Source: a virus
DNA length: 64,000 nt
Virus record (IMG/VR): IMGVR_UViG_3300046758_000611
Span: 106,222-170,221 of that record
Direction: 5' to 3' (one strand)
Shown here: piece after piece, positions 9,709-19,828 of the stretch
Position numbering within the stretch: position 1 is the first letter of the stretch
Layout: each line of letters begins with the position of its first letter
Notes under the pieces: generated by a model
Database searches by the model: none
What the model saw: only the letters and a program-made list of their open reading frames with translations
What the model was told of the DNA's origin: nothing
Position numbers and translations under genes: made by a program

Positions 9709-10995
9709 ATGAATTTTAGAAATGTTGAACTTGAATATCCTAAGCCGTTTCACAACGGAAAGAAGTGGGTCTATGCGGATAGTCCAATTTACGACAACTT
9801 ATTAAATTGCTTTTGGGAAACACAACATCCAGAAGACTCATATAAAGATTCACCTAGATTACGTGATCCGTTTAGAAAAATAAACAATATGACGAATCAG
9901 AAACTTCTTGGTCATAAAGAAGATACATACGAAAAAGTTGATTGGGTGGAAGATGAAAATGGAATTATTCGTGCTTGTATTTTATATTTTGATATTCCAA
10001 AAATGCACTCTAAGAAAAAGAAAATAGTAAGTTTTACAGGTCGTGAAATTACTTTAAGTGCAAATGATGCGTATATTCAAGAAGTTGCTTGCTATCCTGG
10101 TTACGAAGAATGGTTAGGTAAACTAATTAAAAAGCACGAAGCAAAAGGAAACTTCTTTGAAGAAGGAGTTACAGTCATTGAATGTGATATGCAACTCAAA
10201 AGAATTCGTGAACTTCTTGCATCTATTGGTTATACACGAAAAGATAATCTTATCAGCAGTTTCGCAGATATGTATGGATTTTGGTTTAAAGGTGGTGAAT
10301 ACCCACACATAGATCCTGCACAAGAAATTGCCTTACAAAGATTAGCAATGCCGGGTGTTCCAAATCCTAAGAAAATCATGGAACAATTAAATAAAGTAAG
10401 TTCCGAGTTTTCTAATCATTATTCAAATTACAATAAAAGTGATTCGTGGTCAGGAGTAACAGTATCTGGTTATGGAGGCGAATGGGATTTTATTATCAAA
10501 CCAAGTGAAATGAACAACAAGTGGAAAAAGAATAATTCAGAGAAATTAAAATGGAAAGTAGAAGATACTCCACTTCGTGCAAAACTACCTGCCGTAGAAG
10601 AATATTTAAAACTTCTTCCTTATGAATTTGAAAGAATTAGAATTCTTAAACTTGCTGGTGGTGAGGGAGAGTTACAACGACACACAGACCGTCAAGACAA
10701 AGAAGCAGGTATTTCGGACAACCAATGGGCAAGAGTTCATTTTCCAATTCAAACAAATCCAAAAGTACAATTCACACTTTGGAACACAGACGGAACAAAA
10801 ACGGTTGACAAAATGAAAGAAGGAGAATTGTGGTATCTTGATATGAGGAAACCACATACTGCATTTAATGGTGGATCACAGGATCGTTATCATCTGGTTG
10901 TTGATTTAAAAGCAAATCAAAACTTTAGAGATTGGTTGGTTGAAAGTAGCAAGTTGTATCCACCCACCAAAGATGCTGACAATTATATTGAATGA
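9709..10995 (+). CDS. Degenerate GNAT-like N-domain fused to aspartyl/asparaginyl beta-hydroxylase-like 2OG-Fe(II) oxygenase
   Basis: C-terminal HTD...RVHFPIQTNP...PHTAFN...RYHLVVD; N-terminal YIQEVACYP and LASIGY weakly resemble GNAT motifs A/B. Confidence 0.7.
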   Translation: MNFRNVELEYPKPFHNGKKWVYADSPIYDNLLNCFWETQHPEDSYKDSPRLRDPFRKINNMTNQKLLGHKEDTYEKVDWVEDENGIIRACILYFDIPKMHSKKKKIVSFTGREITLSANDAYIQEVACYPGYEEWLGKLIKKHEAKGNFFEEGVTVIECDMQLKRIRELLASIGYTRKDNLISSFADMYGFWFKGGEYPHIDPAQEIALQRLAMPGVPNPKKIMEQLNKVSSEFSNHYSNYNKSDSWSGVTVSGYGGEWDFIIKPSEMNNKWKKNNSEKLKWKVEDTPLRAKLPAVEEYLKLLPYEFERIRILKLAGGEGELQRHTDRQDKEAGISDNQWARVHFPIQTNPKVQFTLWNTDGTKTVDKMKEGELWYLDMRKPHTAFNGGSQDRYHLVVDLKANQNFRDWLVESSKLYPPTKDADNYIE

Positions 10996-11462
10996 AAATT
11001 TCAGAAGAACGACTGCAAACTATGTATGAGTTAGCAGGTTTAAATAAACAAACTCTACATGATGCTCTTCGTATCATGGGAAAAAAGCATCTTAAAACAA
11101 AGTTGATGAAAGAAGGATGGACACACGACAATCCAACTAAAAACTATTGTTATGTAATTGCAGAATTTGTTTATTATTATTTATCACCAAGAGGGTCTAA
11201 ACCATATAAGTTACCTGGCATACCAGGAGACGATGGATTGCATCGTTTTATTATGTGGCCAGATTATTCTGTTGTGGATTTGGCAGTTGACCAATTTCCT
11301 AATTTTGAAGATGTAGATTATACAAAAGCAAAAATATGCTATTTTATGGTAAATACATTCGGAGTACCTGGACCATCAAAACGAACAAGAATTTTAGCAG
11401 AACTCATGGGATATGAGTTATCAGAAGAACGAGCAATTAAAGTAAATACAAAATCATGGTAA
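10992..11462 (+). CDS. Hypothetical protein
   Basis: Overlaps both neighbours; NYCYV..E, H, DLAVDQF could be a Cys-His-Asp triad. Confidence 0.6.
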   Translation: MKISEERLQTMYELAGLNKQTLHDALRIMGKKHLKTKLMKEGWTHDNPTKNYCYVIAEFVYYYLSPRGSKPYKLPGIPGDDGLHRFIMWPDYSVVDLAVDQFPNFEDVDYTKAKICYFMVNTFGVPGPSKRTRILAELMGYELSEERAIKVNTKSW

Positions 11463-12283
11463 TGTTATCAAAATTTATAGAATCAGTATACGAAGACAAC
11501 ACAGGTAATATGTGGAGTGAAGATCAATTGTTAAATTTGGTTAAAGATTGGGAAGACCCAAATCCAAAACCTATTATTATGAACTACGAAGGAATTGATG
11601 TGGTTAGAGATGATCTTCTAAATCACGGTAGTAAAATTCGTTTCGTAGATAAACTTATTCGTGAAACTTCTGCAAAAGAAATTGTATTTGGGTGTTGCCC
11701 TGCAACAGGTTATGCACAAATATCTTTACCAGCAGTTGCACAGAAATACAACAAAAAAGTTGTATTGTTTATGGCAAAACGCAATCCAGAAAACTATCAT
11801 GAATATCAAAAAAGAGGAATGGACTTGGGTGCTATATACGAGTGGGTAAATATGGGAATGTTATCAGTTACAAAATCAAGAGCAAAAAAATATGTAGCAG
11901 AGGACCCAGAAAATAGAATGGAATTTCCAATCGGATTAGAACACCCAACGGTTGTAGCAAGTATTATTAAAGTTGCAAGAAATGCTTTATCCGAAAATCC
12001 ACCAAGTGAAATTTGGAGTGTTGGATCAAGTGGAACAATTAGTCGTGGTTTACAACTTGCTTTTCCTGAGATACCTGTTAATGTAGTATCTGTTGGACAC
12101 AAAATGAACGAAAGAGAAATAGGACGAGCAAAATATTACAGATCAGAATATCAGTTTGATAAGGCAATAAAGGAAAATGAAATGCCACCATTTCCATCTG
12201 CCCCAACATATGATGCCAAAGCATGGAAGTTTGTAAAAGAACACGCAAAAGAAGGTGCTTTGTTTTGGAATGTAGGTGCATAA
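11456..12283 (+). CDS. PLP-dependent enzyme, fold type II (ACC deaminase/D-cysteine desulfhydrase-like)
   Basis: VVRDDLL..GSKIR (Schiff-base Lys), SVGSSGT phosphate loop, YDAKAW. Confidence 0.8.
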   Translation: MVMLSKFIESVYEDNTGNMWSEDQLLNLVKDWEDPNPKPIIMNYEGIDVVRDDLLNHGSKIRFVDKLIRETSAKEIVFGCCPATGYAQISLPAVAQKYNKKVVLFMAKRNPENYHEYQKRGMDLGAIYEWVNMGMLSVTKSRAKKYVAEDPENRMEFPIGLEHPTVVASIIKVARNALSENPPSEIWSVGSSGTISRGLQLAFPEIPVNVVSVGHKMNEREIGRAKYYRSEYQFDKAIKENEMPPFPSAPTYDAKAWKFVKEHAKEGALFWNVGA

Positions 12284-12284
12284 T

Positions 12285-13874
12285 ATGAAAAAATACTTTT
12301 ATGAAAAAAACAATCTTGCGGAATGTAGAGTCAATATAACATTCCACGAACTTCTTCAAAAGAATGGAAAAGAATTAGAAGAGTGGATTGATGAACTTAG
12401 AAACTATATTGTTGAAACTTGGGATAACGAAGGTCTTCCTCCGAGAACTGGTAAAAACGAAAAAGACATCATAGCAAATTTAAATAAGTTATCAGGATAT
12501 AATGTATATAAGTTTCAACACACAGACGAAATGGACGGAACAAATACCATCATTAAAAACTTTAATAAGTTCGCAACTGTGGTTGATCAGTTTTTTCCAA
12601 CGATGCTTAAAACTAAAATAGGTTCTAGTAAGCATACATCTTGGAGTGTATATGATTGCTTTGCTAATCCAGAGAAACGAGAAAGTTTCCACACTTGTAT
12701 GAGAAGAACGGTCCGACGAGATTCATTTTATGCTCACGGAAGAACAATCAAGAAAAATGATTATGATGTTCCGTGTCCAACTGAAAACGCAGAAGAGTGG
12801 GTTCGTAATTTTGTCAAAGAGAAACATCTACATCCATATAACGACTTTTGGATTATTGAGTTGTTTACAGAAAAAAAGTTTGATTCATATGAAGCAAGCA
12901 GTTTAATGTTAACGGCAAAGCAAATCAAGAAATTATACAAAGAAGGTTTGCTTAAATTAAACAACATTAGAAATTTAGAAAGAACTGCAAACTTCGGTGA
13001 CGATATAGAAAATATAAATGATGTAATTATCGAAGACGAAAAAGAAGTACAATTCAAATTCAGTATTCGTTACTACAACAAGAACTCAAGAATCTTTCCG
13101 TCAGCAATGGAAGCATTTAAACTTGGTCTTAGTCAACCAGCAGTAAACTTTCCTCCGTTGACTGCAAAGTATATTTATCAGACGTACACAGATCACATTC
13201 AAGATAAAAGCAATCTTCATATATATGATCCAAGTGCAGGTTGGGGTGGACGTATTCTAGGTGCTATGTCAGTACACGATAGACAAATTCATTATATAGG
13301 AACTGATCCAAACACAGACAATTATATAGATGAACTAAATCAAAGTCGTTATGAATATCTTGCCGACTTCTTTAATGACAAAACAAACGGAGGTAATCCG
13401 TTCTTTGGTCATCGTAACACTTACGATGTTTATCAGAATGGAAGTGAAGAAATTCACAAGAATCCGAGTTTTCAAAAATACAAAGGTAAACTTGATTTGG
13501 TTTTTACAAGTCCACCATATTTTAATCGTGAACAATATTCAGCAGATGAATCTCAGAGTTTCAAAAAGTTTCCAGAGTATGAAGATTGGAGAGACAACTT
13601 TCTTCGTCCTACTTTGAAGACGGCTGCCGAGTATTTGAAGAACGATAGATATCTACTTTGGAATATCGCAGACATCGCAGACGGAGACGGATTTATGCCA
13701 TTAGAAAAAGATAGTCGTGATATTCTTGCGGAATATGGACTTGAGTATGTTGAAACTCTTAAAATGCTTATGACAACAATGCGTGGTGTTAAAGCAGAAA
13801 CGGTTAAGAATTGTTGCAAGATAAACGGAGAGTTGCAAAAGTATGAACCTATCTTTGTGTTTTACAAGAAGTAA
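12285..13874 (+). CDS. SAM-dependent amino-DNA methyltransferase-like protein
   Basis: YDPSAGWGGR (motif I), FTSPPYF (motif IV). Confidence 0.8.
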   Translation: MKKYFYEKNNLAECRVNITFHELLQKNGKELEEWIDELRNYIVETWDNEGLPPRTGKNEKDIIANLNKLSGYNVYKFQHTDEMDGTNTIIKNFNKFATVVDQFFPTMLKTKIGSSKHTSWSVYDCFANPEKRESFHTCMRRTVRRDSFYAHGRTIKKNDYDVPCPTENAEEWVRNFVKEKHLHPYNDFWIIELFTEKKFDSYEASSLMLTAKQIKKLYKEGLLKLNNIRNLERTANFGDDIENINDVIIEDEKEVQFKFSIRYYNKNSRIFPSAMEAFKLGLSQPAVNFPPLTAKYIYQTYTDHIQDKSNLHIYDPSAGWGGRILGAMSVHDRQIHYIGTDPNTDNYIDELNQSRYEYLADFFNDKTNGGNPFFGHRNTYDVYQNGSEEIHKNPSFQKYKGKLDLVFTSPPYFNREQYSADESQSFKKFPEYEDWRDNFLRPTLKTAAEYLKNDRYLLWNIADIADGDGFMPLEKDSRDILAEYGLEYVETLKMLMTTMRGVKAETVKNCCKINGELQKYEPIFVFYKK

Positions 13875-15620
13875 TTAAATAGAACTTGAAAAATCTACTC
13901 GGTCTACATCAACTCCGAAAAATTTCATAAGTAGTCTAATTGCTTTTTTACCTTGTGCTACTATAAAGTCAAATGCAGCGGATATAGCATCTGACACCCA
14001 TTTCCATGCTTTTTTCAAAACTTCCATAGTTGAATCTTTAAGTTTCTTGAATCCACCTTTTACGTTATCGACACCCTTTTTTAATAAATCAGTTGCATCA
14101 CTAAAAAAACCTTCACACATCAATAACCTAAGAGAGTTAAACAATTCCATTTCATTTAGATTTTGGAAATTTTCATTTAATACTTTATTTCCACCATCCA
14201 CTTTATTAAATGCTTCTTTCATGATTGTAGAAAACGTTGGTATATATTTTACTCCATCCTTTTCCTCGGCAAGTCGGTTCACGGCAGACTCAGCTGCTTT
14301 CTTTGCAGTATCAGCTGCTTTCATAATATTACCACGCAGAGCAATATATGGAGTTGATCCAGAACCTGTTTTAAACGAAGCATAAAAGTGACACTTTGAT
14401 GTCAAATCACTTAATCCTGCTTCGATATCAAAATACTTAGTAACTTTACCAGAGGGAGGATCAAATTCTACAATCGTATCAGCACGTGAATCAGATGCAG
14501 TACCGAACTTAACATCACCCGAAGCAGCCTCAAACACAAATGCTTCTTTTAATTTAGGATTACTACTAAACTCTTGATTCAGATTCAACGTAATTACATT
14601 TCCTGCCTGTGTTGCATCTTCAACATCTTTTATTTGGTTTTGCATATCTTCAAGTTCTTTTAAAGCTTGTGGTGATCCATCGTCTTTTAGTTTTTTTACT
14701 TTATCTTTGAATGCATCAATCGTTCCTTTATATCCTGATTTGCTTGTATCAAGCACCCCCGTTTTCAAAGTATTAAAAACTTTTTTTAGTTCTGAACTTT
14801 CGTTTTCCCCAAATTTTTGGAAAGCAACCTCAAGTGTAGCAAATGCTTCAATTCTTTTGGCACTCATAATTTGAGAACCACCTTTCTTTTTCAATGAAAT
14901 TCGTTGACCACGATCACCCTTAACATCAGTTTTGGGAGTTTTACTTGGTTTATCTTTTTTACCTGCATCTGTGAATATTTTTGACCACTCGGAACTAACA
15001 GGAGCACCCCCCTTTCCACCTCCAATTTGTTGTAAAGCTCCTATTCCCTCTTTAAGAAATGCGTCTGCGAGGTTATTTGCCTGATCTCTAAGACCAGCCG
15101 AACCCCAAAATCCTTTATCGTTAATGCGTTTCCATTCATCTGCATATTCACCACTTGATAAATCTGCATTTTTGTTTTTCTTAAACGCAAGAGCAACTGC
15201 AATCATTGCTTCCCAATCTTCACCAGAAGGTTTCTTTGCACCCTTTACGGTTGACAGATCATTGAATGCTTTTCCTATGTATGCAGGAACTACACCGAAC
15301 AGTTGATTTATCTTTCCTTTTTTATTACCCCAATCAACCAGATCATCTTTGTTGTTTGCTTTTAAAAGTTCTGCTTTCATTTGTTTCCACAACTTTTTAT
15401 CTTTAATCTTTAACTTTTTGTTTTTGTTATCTCTAAGATCATTTGAATCTACTTTTGAAATAAACATTTTCTTGTTATCTCTATGAGAATCAATAGTAAA
15501 CAGAGTTGCCAATCCACCAAGACCACCATTTTTATCAGATGCTTCGTTTAGTAACTCGGCAAAATCTGTCGGAATCTCAACCAAAGATGAATTCTTTATA
15601 TAATGCTCTATAATGTCCAC
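13875..15620 (-). CDS. Hypothetical large protein, possibly virion internal protein
   Basis: 581 aa ORF; Lys/Gly-rich; LLNEA, NLNEM, MCEGFF motifs; ATATATTTATT before GTG. Confidence 0.6.
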   Translation of the reverse strand: MDIIEHYIKNSSLVEIPTDFAELLNEASDKNGGLGGLATLFTIDSHRDNKKMFISKVDSNDLRDNKNKKLKIKDKKLWKQMKAELLKANNKDDLVDWGNKKGKINQLFGVVPAYIGKAFNDLSTVKGAKKPSGEDWEAMIAVALAFKKNKNADLSSGEYADEWKRINDKGFWGSAGLRDQANNLADAFLKEGIGALQQIGGGKGGAPVSSEWSKIFTDAGKKDKPSKTPKTDVKGDRGQRISLKKKGGSQIMSAKRIEAFATLEVAFQKFGENESSELKKVFNTLKTGVLDTSKSGYKGTIDAFKDKVKKLKDDGSPQALKELEDMQNQIKDVEDATQAGNVITLNLNQEFSSNPKLKEAFVFEAASGDVKFGTASDSRADTIVEFDPPSGKVTKYFDIEAGLSDLTSKCHFYASFKTGSGSTPYIALRGNIMKAADTAKKAAESAVNRLAEEKDGVKYIPTFSTIMKEAFNKVDGGNKVLNENFQNLNEMELFNSLRLLMCEGFFSDATDLLKKGVDNVKGGFKKLKDSTMEVLKKAWKWVSDAISAAFDFIVAQGKKAIRLLMKFFGVDVDRVDFSSSI

Positions 15621-15646
15621 GACAATAAATATATATCAAAGTAGAT

Positions 15647-17203
15647 TTATTGTATTCTTTCGGGATAATCTGTAAATACACCATTTACACCCAACTCACG
15701 CAAATATCTAATAGCACGAAGTTCATTCACGGTATATACATATATTTTCATGTTATTTTCATTACAATACTCAACGATGGGTGGTGTAATATCTTCTATA
15801 TACAAATTTACAGAATATATATTTTTTTCAAAGTAGTCTTTCTTAAAATTCTTTATGTCTCTCAGTATGACATTATCTTCGTGAAATAATTGGGACACAT
15901 TAATATCGGAATCACTTCGTCTTATCAAATTGACGGTTGCACAACTAAACGAACTTAATACAATATCAACATTCCTCCATTGTTTCTTTTTTTGATAATC
16001 TCTAACAATAGCAACAATATTAGTTGCAATGCTACTATCCTTAACTTCAATATTAACACCACACCTTCCATCTATGCAATCCAATGCTTGTTGCAAAGTG
16101 GGAATTCTTTCACAATTAGCATAAATTAATTTATCAAATTCATGTGATTCCAAATCACTCATTTTTTTATCTACACCAAACATTCTATTTGCATTGTAAT
16201 CGTGAAATACACACATTTTCCTATCAATATATTGAACATCAAATTCAATCATATCACAATTATATTCAATTGCTTTTTCAAACGCAGAAAGTGTATTTTC
16301 AGTGCAAGTGCCACTTGCCCCACGATGAGCAATATTAACAAACTTATACTCTTCTATTTCCGAAAAAAATTGTTTTATTTTACAAAACACACTACATTCT
16401 AACCCCTTGTCATAAATTGTAAGATGTGTATTTAATTTTGTTGTATATAATTTTTTGTATGTTGATGCAATCTTTTTGAAAGCACGAACACCACTACTAT
16501 AAAAGACAGTAGGATCATTATATTCTTGTATTTGAAACACAGGACACAGAATTCTATCTAATATAGTTTTAGAAACATTAGACATTTTACGAAGTTCATT
16601 TGTTGCGGACAAATTAATTAGTGGTTGATTTAGTTCAGGCATCTCACTATGATTCGTAATACACTCAAGCATTATTTTTTGTAGATTAAATTTCTTACAA
16701 ATTTTATTGTAAATCATGACACCTGGTAAAAGTTTATTGAATACATTTTTAACCCCAAACGGGCAATTAATTAAAACCATACCCGCAAATCTTACATCTT
16801 TTAAAGTAGACACATAAGCACCCACACAACCACCAAGTGAAAATCCTATAAAGTAAACTTTATCACACTCATTAGAAACTTTTTCATATTTACTTTTTAC
16901 GTCATCTACCCAATCATTCCAAGTCACTTTTGTAATATTATCAGAATCGTATCCGTGACCACGCAATTCAACAAGATGAGTATCCCATCCGAAATTTTCA
17001 AAAACAAAATCACTAAGAGGGACCATTTGTTCGTGCTTTGATAAAAAACCATGACACAAAATAACCCCAACTTTTTGAGTTGAGGTTTTTTTGACCTTCT
17101 TTGATGAAATGCTTTTTTGCATTTCATTTTCCATGCACATATTGTTGTGTTTGCAACTTATTGGATATTTACATTCTTTTTTTGTGCATTTTTGTGATTC
17201 CAT
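15647..17203 (-). CDS. Alpha/beta hydrolase (lipase/carboxylesterase) fused to glycerophosphodiester phosphodiesterase
   Basis: HGF, LRGHG, GFSLGG, DPTV and H in N-half; AHRGASG..ENTL, EFDVQ, HD, NIEVK, VYTVN, GVFTDYP in C-half. Confidence 0.9.
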   Translation of the reverse strand: MESQKCTKKECKYPISCKHNNMCMENEMQKSISSKKVKKTSTQKVGVILCHGFLSKHEQMVPLSDFVFENFGWDTHLVELRGHGYDSDNITKVTWNDWVDDVKSKYEKVSNECDKVYFIGFSLGGCVGAYVSTLKDVRFAGMVLINCPFGVKNVFNKLLPGVMIYNKICKKFNLQKIMLECITNHSEMPELNQPLINLSATNELRKMSNVSKTILDRILCPVFQIQEYNDPTVFYSSGVRAFKKIASTYKKLYTTKLNTHLTIYDKGLECSVFCKIKQFFSEIEEYKFVNIAHRGASGTCTENTLSAFEKAIEYNCDMIEFDVQYIDRKMCVFHDYNANRMFGVDKKMSDLESHEFDKLIYANCERIPTLQQALDCIDGRCGVNIEVKDSSIATNIVAIVRDYQKKKQWRNVDIVLSSFSCATVNLIRRSDSDINVSQLFHEDNVILRDIKNFKKDYFEKNIYSVNLYIEDITPPIVEYCNENNMKIYVYTVNELRAIRYLRELGVNGVFTDYPERIQ

Positions 17204-17236
17204 CCTAATACAATATATATTGGACAGAATTCAAAA

Positions 17237-17563
17237 TCAATCCCAATTTCCTTGTGCAGGATACATATCGTAGTTGGAATTTAGATAACTATTTTTTTGA
17301 TCAAGATATTCTTCATACATTTCCTTTTGACGATACTCAGTAAGTTTATCATTCATACGTTTACCCATCCACAATGCCTCTAATGCCAATTCACGAATTG
17401 CTCCGAGATTATATGCTTCGTCTTGGGCATTTTCAAATATCAAACGAACTACATTACATACGGTTCTTTTCTCGTCCATATTAGACGGAACAATGTCTTT
17501 TAATGCTTGTTCTCTATCTTCCTTTGAAAAGGGTTTTCCTTTAAATTCTTTTTTATCTGCCAT
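17237..17563 (-). CDS. Hypothetical protein
   Basis: ATG 17563 preceded by ATATTTATA. Confidence 0.6.
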   Translation of the reverse strand: MADKKEFKGKPFSKEDREQALKDIVPSNMDEKRTVCNVVRLIFENAQDEAYNLGAIRELALEALWMGKRMNDKLTEYRQKEMYEEYLDQKNSYLNSNYDMYPAQGNWD

Positions 17564-17574
17564 GTCTATAAATA

Positions 17575-17904
17575 TTATAAAAACTGACTTTTCTTCCAAC
17601 TTTCTGAGCTTTCTATGTTGATACAAATATCTGCGTTTTCGTAAAAGTTAATTGTAAGTTCATCTCCACATTTAACATCATTGATAGTAAACATATGCAA
17701 ATCTTTGCCGACAATTTTATTTATACAATTATTAGTATTGCTATGATTCTGAAAATTACCAACATCGGTTGCTTCACCAACAACAACTTTGTGGTTAATC
17801 AATCCAATTCCTATATGACTTAAACCAATATCAGTATTTGCTTTTATATTCTCGGTAGCAATTAAACCGTGTCCGTGAATATAAGATTCACTCAGTTTAA
17901 ACAT
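17575..17904 (-). CDS. SET-domain protein (putative lysine methyltransferase)
   Basis: SYIHGHGLIATENI, NFQNHS..NNC, DVKCGDELTINF. Confidence 0.85.
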   Translation of the reverse strand: MFKLSESYIHGHGLIATENIKANTDIGLSHIGIGLINHKVVVGEATDVGNFQNHSNTNNCINKIVGKDLHMFTINDVKCGDELTINFYENADICINIESSESWKKSQFL

Positions 17905-18827
17905 TATCTTCCTGCGAAGTCATCCATCTTGAACTTCGTCTTAAACTTTTTGTTAATGTCATCGAGAAACTTCTGAGATTCAGGAGCAGTTACTTCACCC
18001 CAATCCAAATCACCATCAAATGTTTCAAGACTTCCGTCACGATTCATAGCAACCGACATAAGATGTCCGTTATCAACCATAAAGGCAGCCCCATACTTTT
18101 CCATAGGAATCATTTTGGCTTTCTTTGCTTCGTTCATATTCAATTTATTTTTTAAATAACCACGAACAAGTTCACGTAATTTTGTTTCTTGTTCGGCAAA
18201 TACCTTACCACTATATTTATCAGATTTCAATTTATATTTCCTTACTATACTAGATAGTGCAGGTGCATTACCTGCAAAGTGTTTATTTGTTTCTTTGAAA
18301 AATGCTAAAAGTGCTTCTTTACCTTTTAAATCCATTTTACTTTTAAGTGCAGATTTAATAGCATCTCCACCTTTGATTACTTGCAAACTAACTGGATTAG
18401 CATTTGAACCTGTATTCTTTTTAATTTTGTCCAACATTCCTGTAACGGTGCTTCCGATTGCGACAATCAAAGTTTTCATTTCAAGGTCTTCTAAATTAGC
18501 AGGAAGAATACGAGCATTAAATTTTGCTTCTTTCATTGTATCTTGAAATATCTGCTCTTCCATTGAATACATTTTATTTGCTTGCCAAGTTTCAAATCGT
18601 CCGGCCTCTTTTCCGTTAACCATCCCATGCATAACCCAAGTAAATCTTTTTGAATTTGATTCGGCATCAAGGTCTTTATATTTTTTCTGTGCATCTTTTA
18701 GGTTCTTAAACACCTCAACACCACTTCCGTTAGATGTAATTTTTCCATTTTTTACACCAACAACTTGAACAGGCATATTAGGACGATACCCTTTCCACTC
18801 CTCACAAACAATATTTTCGGACTTCAT
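17904..18827 (-). CDS. Hypothetical protein, possibly virion internal protein
   Basis: ATG 18827 after ATATATTTATT; xxE motifs (MKEA, MNEA). Confidence 0.55.
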   Translation of the reverse strand: MKSENIVCEEWKGYRPNMPVQVVGVKNGKITSNGSGVEVFKNLKDAQKKYKDLDAESNSKRFTWVMHGMVNGKEAGRFETWQANKMYSMEEQIFQDTMKEAKFNARILPANLEDLEMKTLIVAIGSTVTGMLDKIKKNTGSNANPVSLQVIKGGDAIKSALKSKMDLKGKEALLAFFKETNKHFAGNAPALSSIVRKYKLKSDKYSGKVFAEQETKLRELVRGYLKNKLNMNEAKKAKMIPMEKYGAAFMVDNGHLMSVAMNRDGSLETFDGDLDWGEVTAPESQKFLDDINKKFKTKFKMDDFAGR

Positions 18828-18858
18828 AAATAATAAATATATATCTATAACAAAAAAG

Positions 18859-19044
18859 TTATGGTTTATAATAAACACTTGCAGTTACCATCAATTGCTT
18901 GCCTTCGTATGACTCAGTTGTAATGTTTCTTCCACTTGAACTTGCAATAATTTTTGTTTTCCCACTTGCAGAATCTTTTGGTTCTTTTTCTATCGGCAAA
19001 CGAATGACTACTTCATTTGTTTCTTTGTCTATTTCTACTTTCAT
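18859..19044 (-). CDS. Small hypothetical protein
   Basis: SASGKTKIIASS pattern; AGGAG SD upstream. Confidence 0.65.
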   Translation of the reverse strand: MKVEIDKETNEVVIRLPIEKEPKDSASGKTKIIASSSGRNITTESYEGKQLMVTASVYYKP

Positions 19045-19062
19045 TTTGATGCTCCTTTGAAA

Positions 19063-19138
<76 letters not shown>

Positions 19139-19187
19139 AATTATTTATATATAATGTATATATACATATATGTGTATATAATAAAAG

Positions 19188-19277
19188 TGGCGGAGGATGC
19201 AGGATTCGAACCTGCGGAACCCGTAAGAGTTCAATGGTTTTCAAGACCACCGCCTTAAACCACTCAGCCAATCCTCC
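19188..19277 (-). tRNA. tRNA-Ser(UGA)
   Basis: Anticodon TGA, long variable arm, CCA. Confidence 0.95.
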
Positions 19278-19289
19278 AGTTTTTATTTG

Positions 19290-19380
19290 TGGCGGAGAGA
19301 ACAGGATTCGAACCTGCGGAAGGATTTATTCCTTCAACGGTTTAGCAAACCGTCGCCTTAAGCCACTCAGCCATCTCTCC
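19290..19380 (-). tRNA. tRNA-Ser(GCU)
   Basis: Anticodon GCT, long variable arm, CCA. Confidence 0.95.
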
Positions 19381-19390
19381 TTACTTAAAT

Positions 19391-19467
19391 TGGCCTCCTC
19401 ACGGAGATTCGAACTCCGGTTGCATGGATGAAAACCATGTGTCCTAACCTGACTAGACGATAAGGAG
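19391..19467 (-). tRNA. tRNA-Glu(UUC)
   Basis: CATGG-TT-TTC-AT-CCATG anticodon arm, CCA. Confidence 0.93.
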
Positions 19468-19475
19468 AAAAAATA

Positions 19476-19550
19476 TGGCTGCTCGGGTTGGATTCGAACC
19501 AACGACCAAGTGATTAACAGTCACCTGCTCTGCCACTGAGCTACCGAGCA
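19476..19550 (-). tRNA. tRNA-Asn(GUU)
   Basis: Anticodon GTT, GTTCGAAT T-loop, CCA. Confidence 0.95.
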
Positions 19551-19575
19551 ACACTGAAGACTCTTATTAAAGTTG

Positions 19576-19652
19576 TGGTCGGGATAGCAGGATTTGAACC
19601 TGCGACCTCTTGCTCCCAAAGCAAGCGCGATACCAGGCTACGCTATATCCCG
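19576..19652 (-). tRNA. tRNA-Pro(UGG)
   Basis: Anticodon TGG, CCA. Confidence 0.95.
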
Positions 19653-19663
19653 ATATAAAAAAA

Positions 19664-19739
19664 TGGAGCCACCTGTCGGAATCGAACCGACGACATCCTC
19701 ATTACAAGTGAGGTGCTCTACCAGCTGAGCTAAGGTGGC
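19664..19739 (-). tRNA. tRNA-Thr(UGU)
   Basis: Anticodon TGT, CCA. Confidence 0.95.
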
Positions 19740-19753
19740 AATAAAATTGATTA

Positions 19754-19828
19754 TGGAGCATCGGACAGGACTCGAACCTGCATGGTAGGGATTTGCAGTC
19801 CCTTGCGTCACCATTCCGCCACCGATGC
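19754..19828 (-). tRNA. tRNA-Cys(GCA)
   Basis: Anticodon GCA, U73 discriminator, CCA. Confidence 0.95.

Noticed and set aside
19141-19185. AT palindrome ATGTATATATACAT between tRNAs
   Set aside because: Low-complexity TA runs are common in these intergenic spacers
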